Below are positions 11,501 through 27,061 of a DNA stretch of 64,000 nt, piece by piece. Position numbers and translations under genes: made by a program. The notes under the pieces were generated by a model, which was not told where the DNA came from, searched no databases, and saw nothing but the letters and a program-made list of their open reading frames with translations. Numbering within the stretch: position 1 is the stretch's first letter; every line of letters starts with the position of its first letter. Source of the DNA: Chrysomallon squamiferum (lineage: Eukaryota; Animalia; Mollusca); NCBI GenBank assembly GCA_012295275.1, contig CM022665.1, positions 4,774,001 through 4,838,000 of the forward strand, written 5' to 3'.

Positions 11501-13376
11501 GATTCGGATATCTTCCTTTCTATTTCTTTACTCTTCTGTCTACATGTGCTTTTTGCCTTTCTTTAATTGTTATTAAACATAAAATCTGTGATTACTTTGT
11601 AATACTTTATCTTTTTCTTGGGCTGGAAATTATTATTATTATTTTTTTTTTCACAAGAGCATGAAAAATTGAATATATACCTTTATTTGTTATGAAGATG
11701 TTGCCTGCTGAAACAGGAGTGGATTTTGTTTTAGAAAATTGAAGACTTTGTGCAAGAATGTTGAATAAATAAGTCAGTAGTAAAAAAAGTTCTTGATTTA
11801 TATGAATCTGATGGATTTACTGCATTTAGTTTTCCCGTGTAGGATGTTAAAGTTTTCTTTTCTCTCTAAAATACAGATATAATGAAAACTGAGTGATTTA
11901 CTTTTTATCTTTGCCTTGGCTTGTACTAAGAGAATTAGAATGTACATTATTATATACCTTCTTCTCATATAAATACCCCCCCAAAAAACACATAGACTAG
12001 GCTCTTTGCTTGAAATCCAATATTTATTTAGCTATTTCCAAAAACTATTTTAAACTTCCTCCATTTTTCAGTTGATGCTATGGACATTATAAACTGAGTG
12101 AAATGACGTATCAAAGCCAGTTTAGTGTCAATGATTTCATGTGGTTAATATTCTTATTTTTGGGGTAGTCTGTAGTATTGAAATTATATAACGTGTCTTC
12201 ATTTCAGATTCACACAAAAAAAAATAAGAGTCAAAAAGAATTTTCATGGTTTTCTCTAAGTTGAAAGTTTTGTGAATAACTGTTGATCCATTGCATAATG
12301 AAATTTTGAAATTATTACTTTTTGTTTTGTCCCTTAAGCCATGGAATTATCCAAATACATTTCAGTTTATGTACGTCTATCTGATAATGATGATGATGAT
12401 GATGATGATAAAATGATGCAGTTTTGATATCAGAATATGAAAATTCTCAGATCTGCGGAGAAATCACAACTTTAAAATCCTGCTGCCTGTAGGAGAACAA
12501 TATATATATATATATATAAATTATTTAATATATATCTATATTTATCTATCTATCTGTCCGTTTGTCTGTCTGTCTATATTATAAAGGAATATGTATATGT
12601 GTATACATACACACACACGTATATACATTAACGGTCTTGCATTATCAGATCAGACATATCATGAGATTTGGTGGGGGGTCATTTTTATTCATCTTTTTTC
12701 CATTTTCAGGATGACCTACTTACTATGACGTAGAAATATGTCAAAGAAAACAGAAATACTCTGGTACCATGATGGTTATTATAATCGCAAAATACAATTA
12801 CTCTAAAGAATTCTTCTCATGCTAGCTAATTCTCGAATTCGGTGACTACTTTGTCTCGACAGAAAACAAGAGTACACACATAAAAACTACTTTATACAAA
12901 TAGGAAAAATAACAATAAAAATGACCGGTTGACACATATGCCCATTTGTAGTGAAATCAACGGCAACTTCGGAATAATATATTCAGTGTAATGCACACGC
13001 ATACCTAATTTTATGATTTATTTGCATTTCAGTTATTTTATTTGAAACTGTAATTATTTGTCCTTAACCAAGTTACTGGAACTAAAATACGAAAAAAGCA
13101 AACGAAAGAAACTGAAATAGCTATTCTGATTTAATTACCAAAGTATAAATTCGTGAAATGATGTATATGCTTTTTTTCTCAAACAATGTTTTTAGACTGT
13201 AAGAACTTGCAATTGAATTATTCATTTGATTAAGTAGAAAAGAGTCAGAAAAAGAAACAGGTGAGAGGGAAAAAATGAGATATAAAATGAATGATAGATA
13301 GAAAGACAGAAGGAAAGACTGAAAGAAAGAAAAAAAAATGAAAGAAAGGCAGAAAGAGTGAAAGACAAAGTGTGAA

Positions 13377-13377
13377 A

Positions 13378-13468
<91 letters not shown>

Positions 13469-13477
13469 GAGAGAGAG
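13377..13477. repeat. (GA)n microsatellite
   Basis: Near-perfect run. Confidence 0.95.
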
Positions 13478-13675
13478 TGTGTGTGTGTTTGCATATTTTG
13501 GAAAATTTACTTTAAAGAACGAAATATATTATAAACATAAAATAAATGAAAGCAAAAAAAAAAAACATATTTTGATGCTGTTTTCTTTGAAAAGGGCCAT
13601 CATTTTTACACAGACATTCACATAATCCAATTCTAGAAACACTTTTAAAAACAAACGTTTTAAAATCCTTTCTCT

Positions 13676-13720
<45 letters not shown>

Positions 13721-14394
13721 TAGTTTTTTATTTTTATTCTGCGGTTTAACACCTCTTGCTGTTTTTTTTGTTTTTTTTAATTATTATTGCATCTTAATGT
13801 CGACGGCTTGTAATTACACATCGTAGAATGTCTTCGTTTAAAACATAAGCTGACAGGAAGTATCGTATGGGCAACCTTCGAGACGTCGTGGAAATACTGC
13901 TGTTAAAAGGTTTCTAATGAATCAGCTTTGTAGAAAACATGATTACATCCATTAAGTAGTGTTCTGCAGTTTCTAACAGTCACCGACAACACTGTTACTG
14001 GTTTTTTTTTTTTTACAGTACTATTATTTACAATATCACTTAGATTAACGTGGTAATTACACTATGAAATTAATACCCAATTAAATGAAAATCTTCTGGA
14101 TCAGTGTTCTTCGCCAGTGTCTTTATCTCTAGTTCCAGACTTTCGTCACTGAAGTTACAATTTCGTTTGTCAAACTGGTGCATGTAGAACAAGTCAAAAC
14201 TTGAGACCGATTTCTTTCTATTTCTTTCTTCTTTTTTTTTTAAAAAAAAAAAAAAAAAAACTGCTGTCAAAGTCTTTCTGGGCATTGATGTTGTAAATAA
14301 TTGTTATGCAGATTATTAAATTTTTAAATTTATTTTATTTTATTATTTTGTTTTACTGCGAATTTGGAAAGTTACTGAATTTGTACCAACCCCC

Positions 14395-14525
<131 letters not shown>

Positions 14526-15772
14526 AAATATATTAATAATTTTTTATTTTTTTTCATGAGCCAAACAATATATATATAGTATTTTTCAGTGGTTTCACGT
14601 ACTGCATAAACTATTATTTCATTTTAAGATTGTTTTTGTCCCTCTTCACGCTGGGGATTATTCTGAATTTGTTGTTACATTTTAATCAATCAAAATATTC
14701 GAAATCAGTTTTCTGAAACATTATATTTTGAATTATTAATTGATACAGTACTCTGTATATTATGTGCTGTCATATTGATATTCGATACGTTTCAGATTGT
14801 GTGTTGAATAGCTAGTCTTACTGAAAAGTTTAAAATGAAAATTAATGAATATTTCTGAGTATTTTTTTTTTTATTATTTTCTTTTTGTTTCTATTATTCA
14901 CATGCATCAATCATGTTTTCATTAACTTAATTTTCGGTTTGGCGTTTGGAAAACGATAGTTTTGTTGTTGTGGTGAAACACCATTATAATGGTTAATTGT
15001 TAGAGCTCAAACGTCGCTTCCGATGTGTGAGATGAAATATGAAACGACCAAAACATTAGAATCGTATTTCTTAATTTCTCTTATGAAAATAACAGGAAAT
15101 TTAAAAAAAAGAAAGACGAATCAAGTTATAACTCAAATACAATTATGCGAAATGCGTTATTATTTTACGCTGTTGTTCGGTGTTCGAATTTTTTTTTTTT
15201 TTTTTTTTTTATTGTCAAAGAAAAATAAGGAAGAACATTAAAGTGATAATAGAATCTTCTATATATTTTACTCTGCTAACAAAAATAAATTTAAAAAAAA
15301 AAAAAAACGAATGATTTATTTCTTCCTCGTTTTCATTCTTATTCATCGTTTCATATTGAAAATTATTAGTGTTAATTTTTTAATAGTTTTCTTTTGACAG
15401 TATTCGTTACGCAGTTAAATATCATTTTGCAGGAAACTTTTTTTTATTGCAGTGAATTATTAGTATTATTATTTTCATATTTTCTATAATAGATGCTAAA
15501 TTTGCATCGATTCTGGAGATATGAATTTTTTTCTTCTGTTTTTCATTAGTGTCCTTTACTTCATCTAAGAAATGAAAACGAAGGTTTCAGCATTTGAAAT
15601 ATGAGCTAATTAGAGATTCCTATAAACTAGCATTACTAGGAACCTGTCATATCAAAACTCAATAATTGCTTGATTGAATTTAAAAAACAGAGCTGTGCTC
15701 CGGCTAAAAGAAAATCAGACGACTGCTTTTATTTATTTATTTATTTTTATATATATATTTTTTAATTATTAT

Positions 15773-15806
<34 letters not shown>

Positions 15807-16471
15807 TATTTTATCAAGATCCACTTTGAACAGTGTAAAATAAGTAGTAAACATTGTTATCATGTCTGCTTAGACCGTGCAAAACATCATTAATAACTGG
15901 CCTGTACACGCACAAACATAATTATGTAGAAGTGCACATACAGACAGCTACACTAACATACAACCAATCTCACCCACCCATATACATACACGTACTTACA
16001 ACTGGAAGTTATAGTTATTTATCAACTGTATTTCTGTTCCTTTCTCTGATATTCCTTTTAAGAGACCCTGCTAATAAAACTAAATACATCACCAGTTCTG
16101 TCACGAAGACTGTTACAAAGACCGTAGGTAACATATAGTCTGTCGTGTGGTTTTAATTTGGCCCTGCTTCGTTTCAAATATTTCTAATCTCATTGATTCT
16201 TAATATGGTTTGCACGAACTCACCCAATTACTGAATTATCGCCTCATGACGTAAAGTACTTTTTTTTCTTTTTTTTTTATCCTTGCAGTTTGAGCTGTGG
16301 CAATGCAGGAAACAGAAGTATTTTAAAATAAAGACAGAAAGAACAACAAATGAAAAACATTAAAGATTTTAAATATTTTTTCCTATTGTTTCTCTGTTTC
16401 CTTTTCTCTCTTTTGCTCTGTCTGCCTCTTTCCTTTTTTCTCTCTCTCCATAACATCAAATGTTTATTTTT

Positions 16472-16473
<2 letters not shown>

Positions 16474-16549
<76 letters not shown>

Positions 16550-16692
16550 ATGAAAACAAGAAACAAAGATACACTGTTATCACCTGCTACTGAGTATCTG
16601 TAAAATGCTACATTCAGATTCAGTATCGTCAGCAGCCGTTAAAGAAAAAAAAGTTAAAATCTCCTTTCAGATCGTTCTGTCTGTGGAGAGTG

Positions 16693-16783
<91 letters not shown>
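16474..16783. repeat. Two (TC)n microsatellites (16474-16535, followed by (CA)n; 16696-16783)
   Basis: Visible runs. Confidence 0.9.
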
Positions 16784-16790
<7 letters not shown>

Positions 16791-17523
16791 TCTCTTCTCT
16801 TTCTCTTTTTCTCACGATTTATTTCTTGTTCTGTTAATCTTCCTCTCTTGTACGCGTATATGCATCTGTTTCACTATTCTTTTTTTTTTTCTGCCTCGCG
16901 GATAATTTTAGCAACAGACTGTTGCACGAGAGAGAACATACAGAGAGGGACCGAGTGTGAAAGAGAATATATAGACAAGAAAATGTGGTACTTATAACAT
17001 TACCCTGGCAGGTATTTTGTGTCACTCATTATATATGTCTTTCTTATCTCGCAGTTTCACTTAACCAATTTGCTGTTTTACTCCGAGCAGAGACTGAATA
17101 ATTGGCTTTAAGAATCCCGCCGGTCATTTCAAAGTGTTTCGTATTTAAAGAACGACATTCCATAATGACTGTTTATTTTAGTATTTCCGCAGCACCAGCG
17201 GCATGTGGACGTTTGGACAATACATCTTCAAATCATTAGGAAATTTGACTTTTGTAGTATTTTCTGTCAACAAAGTCCGAAATTCGTCCTACAATGATTT
17301 CAAGAACTCGGCTGGATGAATTGATTTTGCAGCGCCAGAATCTTTGGTGATAGAACACGTCTGAAGCGTTGTTACTGACATAAAAACGTCTTTCTTTTTT
17401 GTCCTGAAAGAAAAATAATAATAATAATAACAATAATAAAAAAAACCTTTAAGGATAATGTACGCAGAAACCTCGAAAAGAAAGACATTCAATACGCGGA
17501 CCTAAGAGGGATCACCCACCTTT

Positions 17524-17558
<35 letters not shown>

Positions 17559-18604
17559 CTTACACCGAATATCTTCTTCTGTTCTGTTTAGCATGATTTG
17601 TTTGATATATATATATATATTTTTTTTTTTAAAAGTCAAAGGCTATACTAATAATGCTGCGATAAAATATAATTACAAAATTATGGCATTCGACGAATAT
17701 GGAATAAACCTGTCATAGTTTAATCACCGAACAAGTTAACATAACAGCTACAAAAAGTATATAAATAAACTACAAACACGACAGAGAGATGTAAATCAGT
17801 GTAGCGGGAGAAGTACTTTAAGAACGGTTTTGAAAACAACGAAGACGTGTGTAAGAGTAGTTAAATACGGCTGATGTAATCGGTGACAGGACGTAATCTC
17901 CCGAGGATATAATCAGGTAATTATTTTTTCACCAACGTAATAAGACAGTGTCTGTCTGTCTGGGTTTAGCTGTCAGTACTCCAATTAGCCGTTGTTATAA
18001 AAGAAACAGCTAGATGTACATTTAAATGTATCTGTATGTATGCATGTGTTTATGTATATAATTATTCACCTGTGCATACATATATACAAACACCCACACA
18101 CACAGACATATATATATATATTTCAATGATTATTCATATTTAGGCTATCAGGTGAAATTGCTATATAATTCATTCATAAATAACAAATAATCGTAACTCA
18201 CTTTCTACTGCCATTATTTTTGCATTGGAGTTTCTCTATTGTTCTCATTTTAAGTGAATATATCTTAGTGAGTCTCATATTCAAGTGGTGACCAAATAAA
18301 CTAATCAAAACCGCCAACAAAACACCACAATGAAAATCAAATAAAATAAATACAAATTTATTTTGACAGCTGATGATTTGACAAAATCTGACTCTGTAAA
18401 CGTGATACACATTTATTTGTATGATGACATTTATCTAAAGACGTAATCAAATATCAAAGCGAACTGAAACAGTCATATCTGTGAATTACTGCTTTTCTTC
18501 TTTTTATTTGTAATCGTTTCTGGGTCTGTCTGACTATCTATCTAGCTCCCTGTTTGTAATCTATGTTTGTCATTCTTCTTTTTCTTTTTTTTTTTTTTTC
18601 TTTT

Positions 18605-18791
18605 TCTGGAATGTTTATGAGACCAAGCAGAAAACATTGGAAAAAAAAAAATAATAATAATAGTAATGAATAATAAAATGAAATAAATAAATAAATATAT
18701 ATGTATATTTATTTTTTTATTTTATTATATTATTATTTTTTTTTTTTTTTTTTTTTCACTGTTATCTGCTTGGTCTCATAAACATTCCAGA
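18605..18791. repeat. 187-bp inverted repeat (fold-back)
   Basis: TCTGGAATGTTTATGAGACCAAGCAGA (18605-18631) is the exact reverse complement of TCTGCTTGGTCTCATAAACATTCCAGA (18765-18791); imperfect pairing continues inward through A-run/T-run. Confidence 0.95.
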
Positions 18792-18938
18792 TTGTTATAT
18801 ATATGTATATATATAAAAGTAAAAAAGTCAAGTTAACAGCTTGATTATGTATATTTAGATAATGTTTTATCGTGTTTGTGAGAAAAGGTATGCATGTGCT
18901 TATTTATCATGACAGATATGTGAAGAAGTTTCAAAATA

Positions 18939-18941
<3 letters not shown>

Positions 18942-19000
<59 letters not shown>
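18942..19000. repeat. (GA)n microsatellite
   Basis: Visible run. Confidence 0.95.
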
Positions 19001-19009
<9 letters not shown>

Positions 19010-20180
19010 CATATGGACACACAGACAGAACGATAGAAAAATAGATATGAAAGAATGCAACCTCAGATCTGAATGTCGACATTTCTTTTACTTCGTAGGT
19101 GATTCTTTCTTTTTCTTTCTTTCTTTTTTCATTATTAGTGTGTGTGTGTGTTTTTTAAAAATAAACTTCTGTTACTAATTTCACCTCAGACAGAATGATG
19201 AAATAGCCATTGGATTTGTGTCAGTAATTTTGAGAAATTATTAATAAGCGACATGATTAGACATGCTTGAAATAAAGCAGAGATAAATTATATCTGTACC
19301 AGAGCAGTTTACGACATTGCTTTTAACAAACTCTCAGCAACAGAGTTGGTAATTTATTTATTTTGTGGCAGATATGACATTTTTCTGTTGTTCAAGAAAT
19401 AGATGGACAGTAATGCGTAACAATGTATCATATAATAGACTACTGTTGTATGTATATATAACACTCAAACAAACAATACAGCATACGAGCAATTCCTGAT
19501 ATGATGATGATGATATGTTTGTTGTTGTTGGTCGTGGTGGTGGTGGTGATGGTGTTTTTCGTTTTGGATTTGTTGAAATTTGTTTACAGAAAAACTACTT
19601 GCTTAAAATATAATTTTAAAATATAAAAGTGCGAAATACTTGTAACTTCATGATTTCAGATTAATAAAACTAGAAACAACTTTTGTTACAAAATACAAAT
19701 AAAGATCCATATTACCACAGTTCAGTTTATTTAATAAATAAATTAATTACGCTTTCATTGACGATGTGACAGTATATAATCTAAGTTATTAACTTAAATT
19801 CTATAGGTTATTGGAAAAGAATAATTGAAAAAAGGAAAATAAATTTTAGCGTACATTCTGTGTGTATGTGTGCATATCGAATTATCATTATTACGTAGGT
19901 GCGCTTATTTTGTTTTTCCTTTTGAATGATTTTCGCTTCTGTTTCTGTTCAAACTATTAGCGCGATCTGGGAGAGATTAATCAGTTTTGCATAAATAAAA
20001 ATACAAAAATTCCTCTGGGACCAGGCTTGTAGACATATAAGCCCTTCATGATACAAATGTTTTTTTTTTTTCACTGATATCTAATTTAGCACTTTTGCTC
20101 GGGAAGTATTAATGAAAATAAATCTGATAACCTAAGTTCAATACATTTGACATCATATTTTAGTAATGCATATAGCAAAC

Positions 20181-20181
<1 letters not shown>

Positions 20182-20255
<74 letters not shown>

Positions 20256-20450
20256 CATCTTCGCCTTTGTTTCTAATTATCTGTCTGTCTGTTTGTCGGT
20301 ATATCTATCTATCCATCTCTCTGTCTATCTATCTGTCTGTCTGTCTATATGTATATCCATATCTGTATTTCCATATATCAGTTTATTTATCTGTTATTCA
20401 ATCTATCTACCTATCATCTATCAATCTATATATCTGTCTGTATAACTAAC
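20182..20450. repeat. (TC)n followed by degenerate (TCTA/TCTG)n
   Basis: Visible runs. Confidence 0.9.
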
Positions 20451-20943
20451 TATATGTCAGTATGTCTGTATAACTGTCTACTGCCTATCTTTATTTTTTC
20501 TTTCTATCTGTATATACATACATAACAGTTTCTTCTAGCATCATTAAATATGACAAGAGAGACACTGTATTATGTGTTAGTAATTAGATAAGGATCGGGT
20601 CAAGATATCGAGTAGACACATTACCGTATCACCATCATCAATTTTATTTATTGTACTGCATTTTACAGACTGCATCACAGATCCGCTTGTTCCTTATTTA
20701 AATCGCAACTTTAGACCTATTAAAGTGATTTATGCTTAATAAATAAAAAATTGCGATCATAAAGATTTCGTAACCTCTTAGAGAAGTGTAACAACTATGA
20801 GACAAAATAGAAACAAGAGAGAGATAGTCGGAAGGTTAGACAATTGAACAGACTGATAGGTAAGTAGATAGGTAGATTATGTTATTGTTTCAATTTAGTT
20901 ATCCTTTTGTTTTGGTTCACTATAGCTTTATTTATACTGTTAG

Positions 20944-20979
20944 TGTAAATTCCGTCACCGGGAGGGCTAATGTGTTACT
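20944..20979 (+). repeat. Dispersed ~36-bp motif, copy 1 (copy 2 at 32043-32077)
   Basis: GTAAATTCCGTCACCGGGAGGGCTAATGTGTTACT vs GCAAATACCATCACCGGGAGGGCTAAAATGTTACT; identical 16-nt core TCACCGGGAGGGCTAA. Confidence 0.8.
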
Positions 20980-21051
20980 AGCTGTTTTCTATTTTCTTTT
21001 TAGCACCTGAAAACAGGAAAAGAAAAAAAAAATGTACATACCTCTCTCTGA

Positions 21052-21319
<268 letters not shown>

Positions 21320-22625
21320 CGGTGGGTGCATACATGCATATATGTGATTGTAGATGAGTTTGTGCAACGTACAAACGTATAAATATGAGTTTGCGTAAAT
21401 AAAACGTAATCTCGGTATTTCGGTTAATGGAAATGGAATAATACCGTTATAAAAGATGTCTGCCAACAGATAAGATAAGCAGACGATAGATCAAAACTGT
21501 GATTAGATATCAGAGCCAGCTTTTTCCGGGATATCAATCCCTGTGGTGTGCCACCGGACTTCTGAGTCTCGCTGGGAAGGTGTTAGAATTATTTCTGTAG
21601 AACGCCTAATAATATCATATCAGTTCGCTTGACATACATCATTTTACTGTTCCCTCAGGACTTACAAATATTCAATCATTTTATCATTGTATGAGCCATG
21701 GATGAGTGCTGGTACAGTGTTAACTGCTCGAGACAGTGAGAGTAAAGAAAAAAATAAAAATAAAAAAAAAACAAAAAAAAATACATACTGGGAACCTTAA
21801 GTTGCGCAGCATGTGATGTTTTGAATTCATTTTAAGTTTTATACTGGATTAAGATGGACATCGGCTTCCGAATTTTCTAATCAGATGAAATTAGAGAATA
21901 TATTAAAAACTATTTCACATACAGCAGGAAAATAAGAAATCCTTTCCCTGGTAAACCTTACCACTACCGACTGGAATTTATTTTTGTTTTCTAAGAATGT
22001 AAAAATATATACATTTGCATATCGAATAATATAAAAAAAAAAATAAAAAAAATAAAAACAACAACAAACAAACAAACACTTACTGAAAATTTTACTTATT
22101 ATCGTGTGCAGTACACAGGAATGTTCTTAGCAATGTACTAATATTAAAGTTCTTAATACATGTCTTTGCACTGATAAAAATTACAATAAAAGGAAGAATC
22201 GAAATCACTTGCCGAACCGTATTTTTAGTGGGTTTTTTTTTTTTTTTTTTCTCATTTTACAAAATAATTTTTTTATATAATCCTAAGTGGGCCAAAACGT
22301 TTTTAAAGAGAAGTCAAAACCTCAGCAATCTGATTTGTAATATAAAGTGTGGAACGGAATAAAAGTATGTAATTTCGGCAGAGGTCTTATGTACTGCAAA
22401 CATCGAAATGAGCGCAATAATGAACGACCTATATTTAAACTAACACCATGAAATCCAATTGTGAAAGCAATCTATATTAGATGTGTCGTCTACATCGCCT
22501 GTAGATACGAAGTAACCGAAATTATCTCGTAAAAAGTGTTTAAAGAATTCATTTAGAAAAATATAAATCTTTCGAACTATTAAGAAGTTCTTAAAAAACA
22601 ACCCAAAAAACACAATATACGTTGT

Positions 22626-22657
<32 letters not shown>

Positions 22658-23803
22658 ATGAGTGTCTGTGTGTGTCTATATATAATATACATTTAATTCT
22701 CTATGACAGATATCCGATAGCAGAGTGCGAAGAGGTTGTAGGAAACATACAAGGTTCATTAATATCAATTCCAGACGTTTTTTATACTTCTGCTGACATT
22801 TTGTACATCACTAGAGAATTCTAATGGAAGACATAGAAAGCACAAATAGATTTATAAAGAGAAAACAAAAAAAAACAACAGATATACAGAAATTAAGAGA
22901 CAGATAAATAGACAGAAAATCAAAAAGACACAGACACGTAGACGGACAGACAAAGAATGAGAGAAAAAAAAAGAATGACACGGAAGCATAGCAGGTATGA
23001 GAGAGACCAATCGATGTTAAAGAAGAAAGAAGGAAAGAAATGGTTAAATTATTAGAAAACAGTTAATTAAGTCAGTCTACAAAATAAAGTAAGCAAATAC
23101 AATGCCAAATCTGCATATGTTTTTCCCAACCAAAACTTGCATACTTTGTGCCAGACGTAACAGATGATATTCATGTTTTCATCGAAAAACCTTAGAACGC
23201 CTGTCAAAAATATTCTCATGAGTAACAGCCAACTTTTATATCTTTTTTTTTTTTACTTTTATTCTGATCTCCAGAGTCATAGATAATCTTGCAAAATAAA
23301 TACAGTTTCACTTTGTTTGTTTTTTTGTTATGTTCCTAAATGAAAATATCAGTTGGCTGTGATATCCATTTGACACTGACTCGCATACATTTTCCAGGTT
23401 TCGATCTGTTGTTTCTTGCAACTGATTAATAGCAGACGAACTGAGAAGTGGAAGCAAATGAGTAACAGCCATGTCAGATGTGTAAACGTGTCAAAGATTT
23501 CCAATCATATTTTTCATCTTGGCAGCAAAATGGAATCGTGTCTTAACATGAACAGGCAGTTCAAAGGTTTAACTGAAACAAAAATGTTCGTGTCGTTTTT
23601 TTTTTTATGGTGGGCTTTTGGCTTTTTTTTCTTTCTTCCACATTTTTTTTTTTTCTTTTTTTTTTTTTTGCGAACTAGTTTAAAGAGAGCGATGTTGTAA
23701 ACAGTAACAAATTTGCACAGGGCGATTCGAAATCCAGAATGTTGTTACTTTATTCATGGGAATGTGGTTAAAGCAGATATTTTCTTATCATTTCGTCTCT
23801 CTC

Positions 23804-23807
<4 letters not shown>

Positions 23808-23883
<76 letters not shown>
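23808..23883. repeat. (TC)n microsatellite
   Basis: Visible run. Confidence 0.95.
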
Positions 23884-23886
<3 letters not shown>

Positions 23887-24128
23887 ATGTCATACGACTT
23901 GCAATTTAAAACAGCACTATCGCTTAATATTTCTTAATGAAATAATGCCATCGTCTCAGACAATCAGTATATATCAACTGTTTCGTTTTTGTCTTTTTCT
24001 TTAATAATGAATAAAAATAACAAATAAATAAATCCTGCTGTCGAACAGATCGCAGATTAATTACACTGTAATTGTATAATTATATTTCGCGATTTTTTAT
24101 TTTTTATTTCTTTTACTTTTTAATGAAA

Positions 24129-24166
<38 letters not shown>

Positions 24167-26429
24167 ACCTTAATGTTAAGATTAGAAAAAAAAAAAAAAA
24201 AAAAAGATGAAGAAGAAGAAGAAAAGAAAGAAAAATAGTCTCCAAACTAAATTATTATGGATTAAAAGAATTAAAAAATGTTACTGCCGAGGCATTCAAT
24301 TATCCAGAGACATTAACGTGTGTTTTTTTTTTTCCTATGTCACATATTTATTTAACCTTTATTTGAAAGACATTGTGGTATTAACTGCTAAGTTGATGTT
24401 CTTAAAGCGTCAAAATGATGGAGTGCTTCTCTGAGACGTCTGTGCAGTTAAAGGTTGCTCTCTGTAACATAACACGTTTGCTGTAATGGTCTTTCTGGTG
24501 TAAAACACAAGAATTTGGACTTCGGCCGCAGTATTACGTTTACAGTTCACAACGGTTTCGTCTTAATCTACGCGATCGATTTCTAACGGCACTGATAATC
24601 AGAATCTCTTTCAACCCGGACTGATATCTATTTACTTTACATTTAATATTTTAAAATAATTGTTAACAATCACATTTTTATGACGCATTTTAATATACTA
24701 GAACTATTTCTACTAACGTATCTCATTTAATCATATAATTTAATATTTGTTTAATTTATATTTCCGTCAGTGCACGGTACTTTAGTGACATAGGAAGTAC
24801 ATAGGAGGTGGGGGTTTTAAATTATTTTTATATGACCTCTTTTGTTCCTTGGAAAAACTGATAATCCGGAAAGGATTTGAAATCCATGATGTACCTACAG
24901 TGTATTTAAATTCGATCATTTTTATTTTTAATCTGGTTTAAAGATTCAGATTCCTGTTATATCAAACACAAACTGAATATATGTATGAATGAATGAATTT
25001 TTTTTTTTTTTTTAGAACAATGTCTTGTAAAGATACTTCGTTCGCACAGGTAGTTTTCTCTTCATAAACGTTATATTAACTAATCATTAAAAAAAAACAC
25101 CTTACACCTTAATAAAAATAAAAATAAAATAGATAATATATATATATATATGTAACTTTAGAAATCTTGTCACATTGTAGTGTCGAAGCCGGAACAATAT
25201 CTGACATCGCACTGTTTGCGCTTGCTAATGCATTTGATGACAGTTGCATTAAGCGATTGTTAGCGGCAATGAAAAACCATTATCAAGCACATTAGCTCCA
25301 AGTTGATATTCAGACATTAGATATCAGATGTCCTGCTATTATCACCATGGTGACCGAGAGTCGACATTATACACCGAAATGATCTGTTTATACGGGCACC
25401 CTCGTGATTTCCGATCAGGAGACACAATTCAGAAGTTGTTAAGGAAAAAAAACAAAAAAAAAAGAGAAAAAGAAAAAAGAAAAAAAAAAAATTCTTCTAA
25501 AAGTACCAATTACCGCAGAAATTATCTTTTAACAGGATCTCAGAATGTATTTGCTACTCCTACTGCTATTTCTGCTGCAAATACTAGTACTGTTAGTGCT
25601 ACTGCTACTGTTTTTGCAACTGGCGCCAGACTATTTTGCACCCCAAGCAAAGCCAACTACTTGCATTCCCTAAATAAATATTGCTAATTTAGATGTTTAT
25701 TTGAAATCATTTTGATACAATTTAATTTAAGTTTGACAGTATTGTTAGTGTTGAAAAGAAACTGATTATAAACTAACAAAGAATTGTCTCTAAGCTGTTA
25801 TGAAGAATTATTTTCTTCTTCTGCTACCACTACCACTGCTGCTACTACTACTATTACTACTACGACTACCACTTCTACTACTACTAACATTACTTCTACG
25901 ACTACTAGTGCTGCTACTACCACTAGTACAGATGTTGCTGCTGCTATAAATTATGACTGCTACTACTGTTACTACTACGACTACAATCATTATCATCATC
26001 ACGATGACAGCTGATGTTGCTGTAACTACAACTACAACTTCTACCTGTTTTTATTTCTTTTGTTGTTGTTTTTTCAACTTTTTTTGCCTCGATTTGTTTT
26101 TATGATAATCGTTTTAGTGATATCATAATCATTTTTCAGTTACACGATAAATCCATGGACATTTTTTCACTGGTTTTTACTGGTACCTTAGAAAAATAAT
26201 AATATAAATTAGAAATAAGTTAAATAGTATTACGCTTAAATAACCAGTCATGTGGTTAAATAAATAAATTTATTATTTTATGCAATTTTTAACATGTTCA
26301 CCATTATGTTTACATTTATTTTAATATGTTTATGTCCATGTCTTTTTATATTTTAGTTTATTAGTTTGCACTGTAAAGCACCTTTGGACTTACTTAGCAT
26401 GGAAAAGGTACTACATAAACATGATATAG

Positions 26430-26460
<31 letters not shown>

Positions 26461-26979
26461 AATAATAATAATTATAATAATAATAATAAATAGCATATAT
26501 ATTTTAAAATAATTAAAGTTTTACCCAACGCAAAAAAAAACGCCTCTTTTATCAGTTTAAACGTTTTGGAACCAATTTTTAAAAATAATAAAACATTTTA
26601 AAACCTTGTATAAATCCGATTTTCGCAGTGTATTTAGACACTGGAACTCACAGTCTTTTGTATTTTATAGTCGGTGCGTGATATCTATCACGTATTTGCA
26701 TTAATGTCTTTATCATTTTCAGTATTACGGTGACAGTTTTGTTTTTAACTGACAATCTGAAACAGCAGTCCAAAGCAATTGTGATGCCGTAATATTATAT
26801 AAGATAAAAATTATGTCAGTGAAATATATCTTTAATCCTTTGTTCTGATGTGTAATTGTAGTGCTAACAAGTAATACAGTACTAATGCGTTTAAAAGGTA
26901 TAATTTTACCATTATGTCGGTTGCTGGCTACATGAAGGTTTAACATGTAACCAATGATATTAAACTGAATATAGAAAAA

Positions 26980-27030
<51 letters not shown>

Positions 27031-27061
27031 TACAGACATACAGACACATACACACATACAA

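Noticed and set aside
17341-17353. miR-9-like TCTTTGGTGATAG
   Set aside because: It diverges from miR-9 after 8 nt and has no hairpin partner.
20955-20976. miR-36-family gene (TCACCGGG seed-like start; also at 32053)
   Set aside because: No complementary arm near either copy, so no pre-miRNA hairpin can form.
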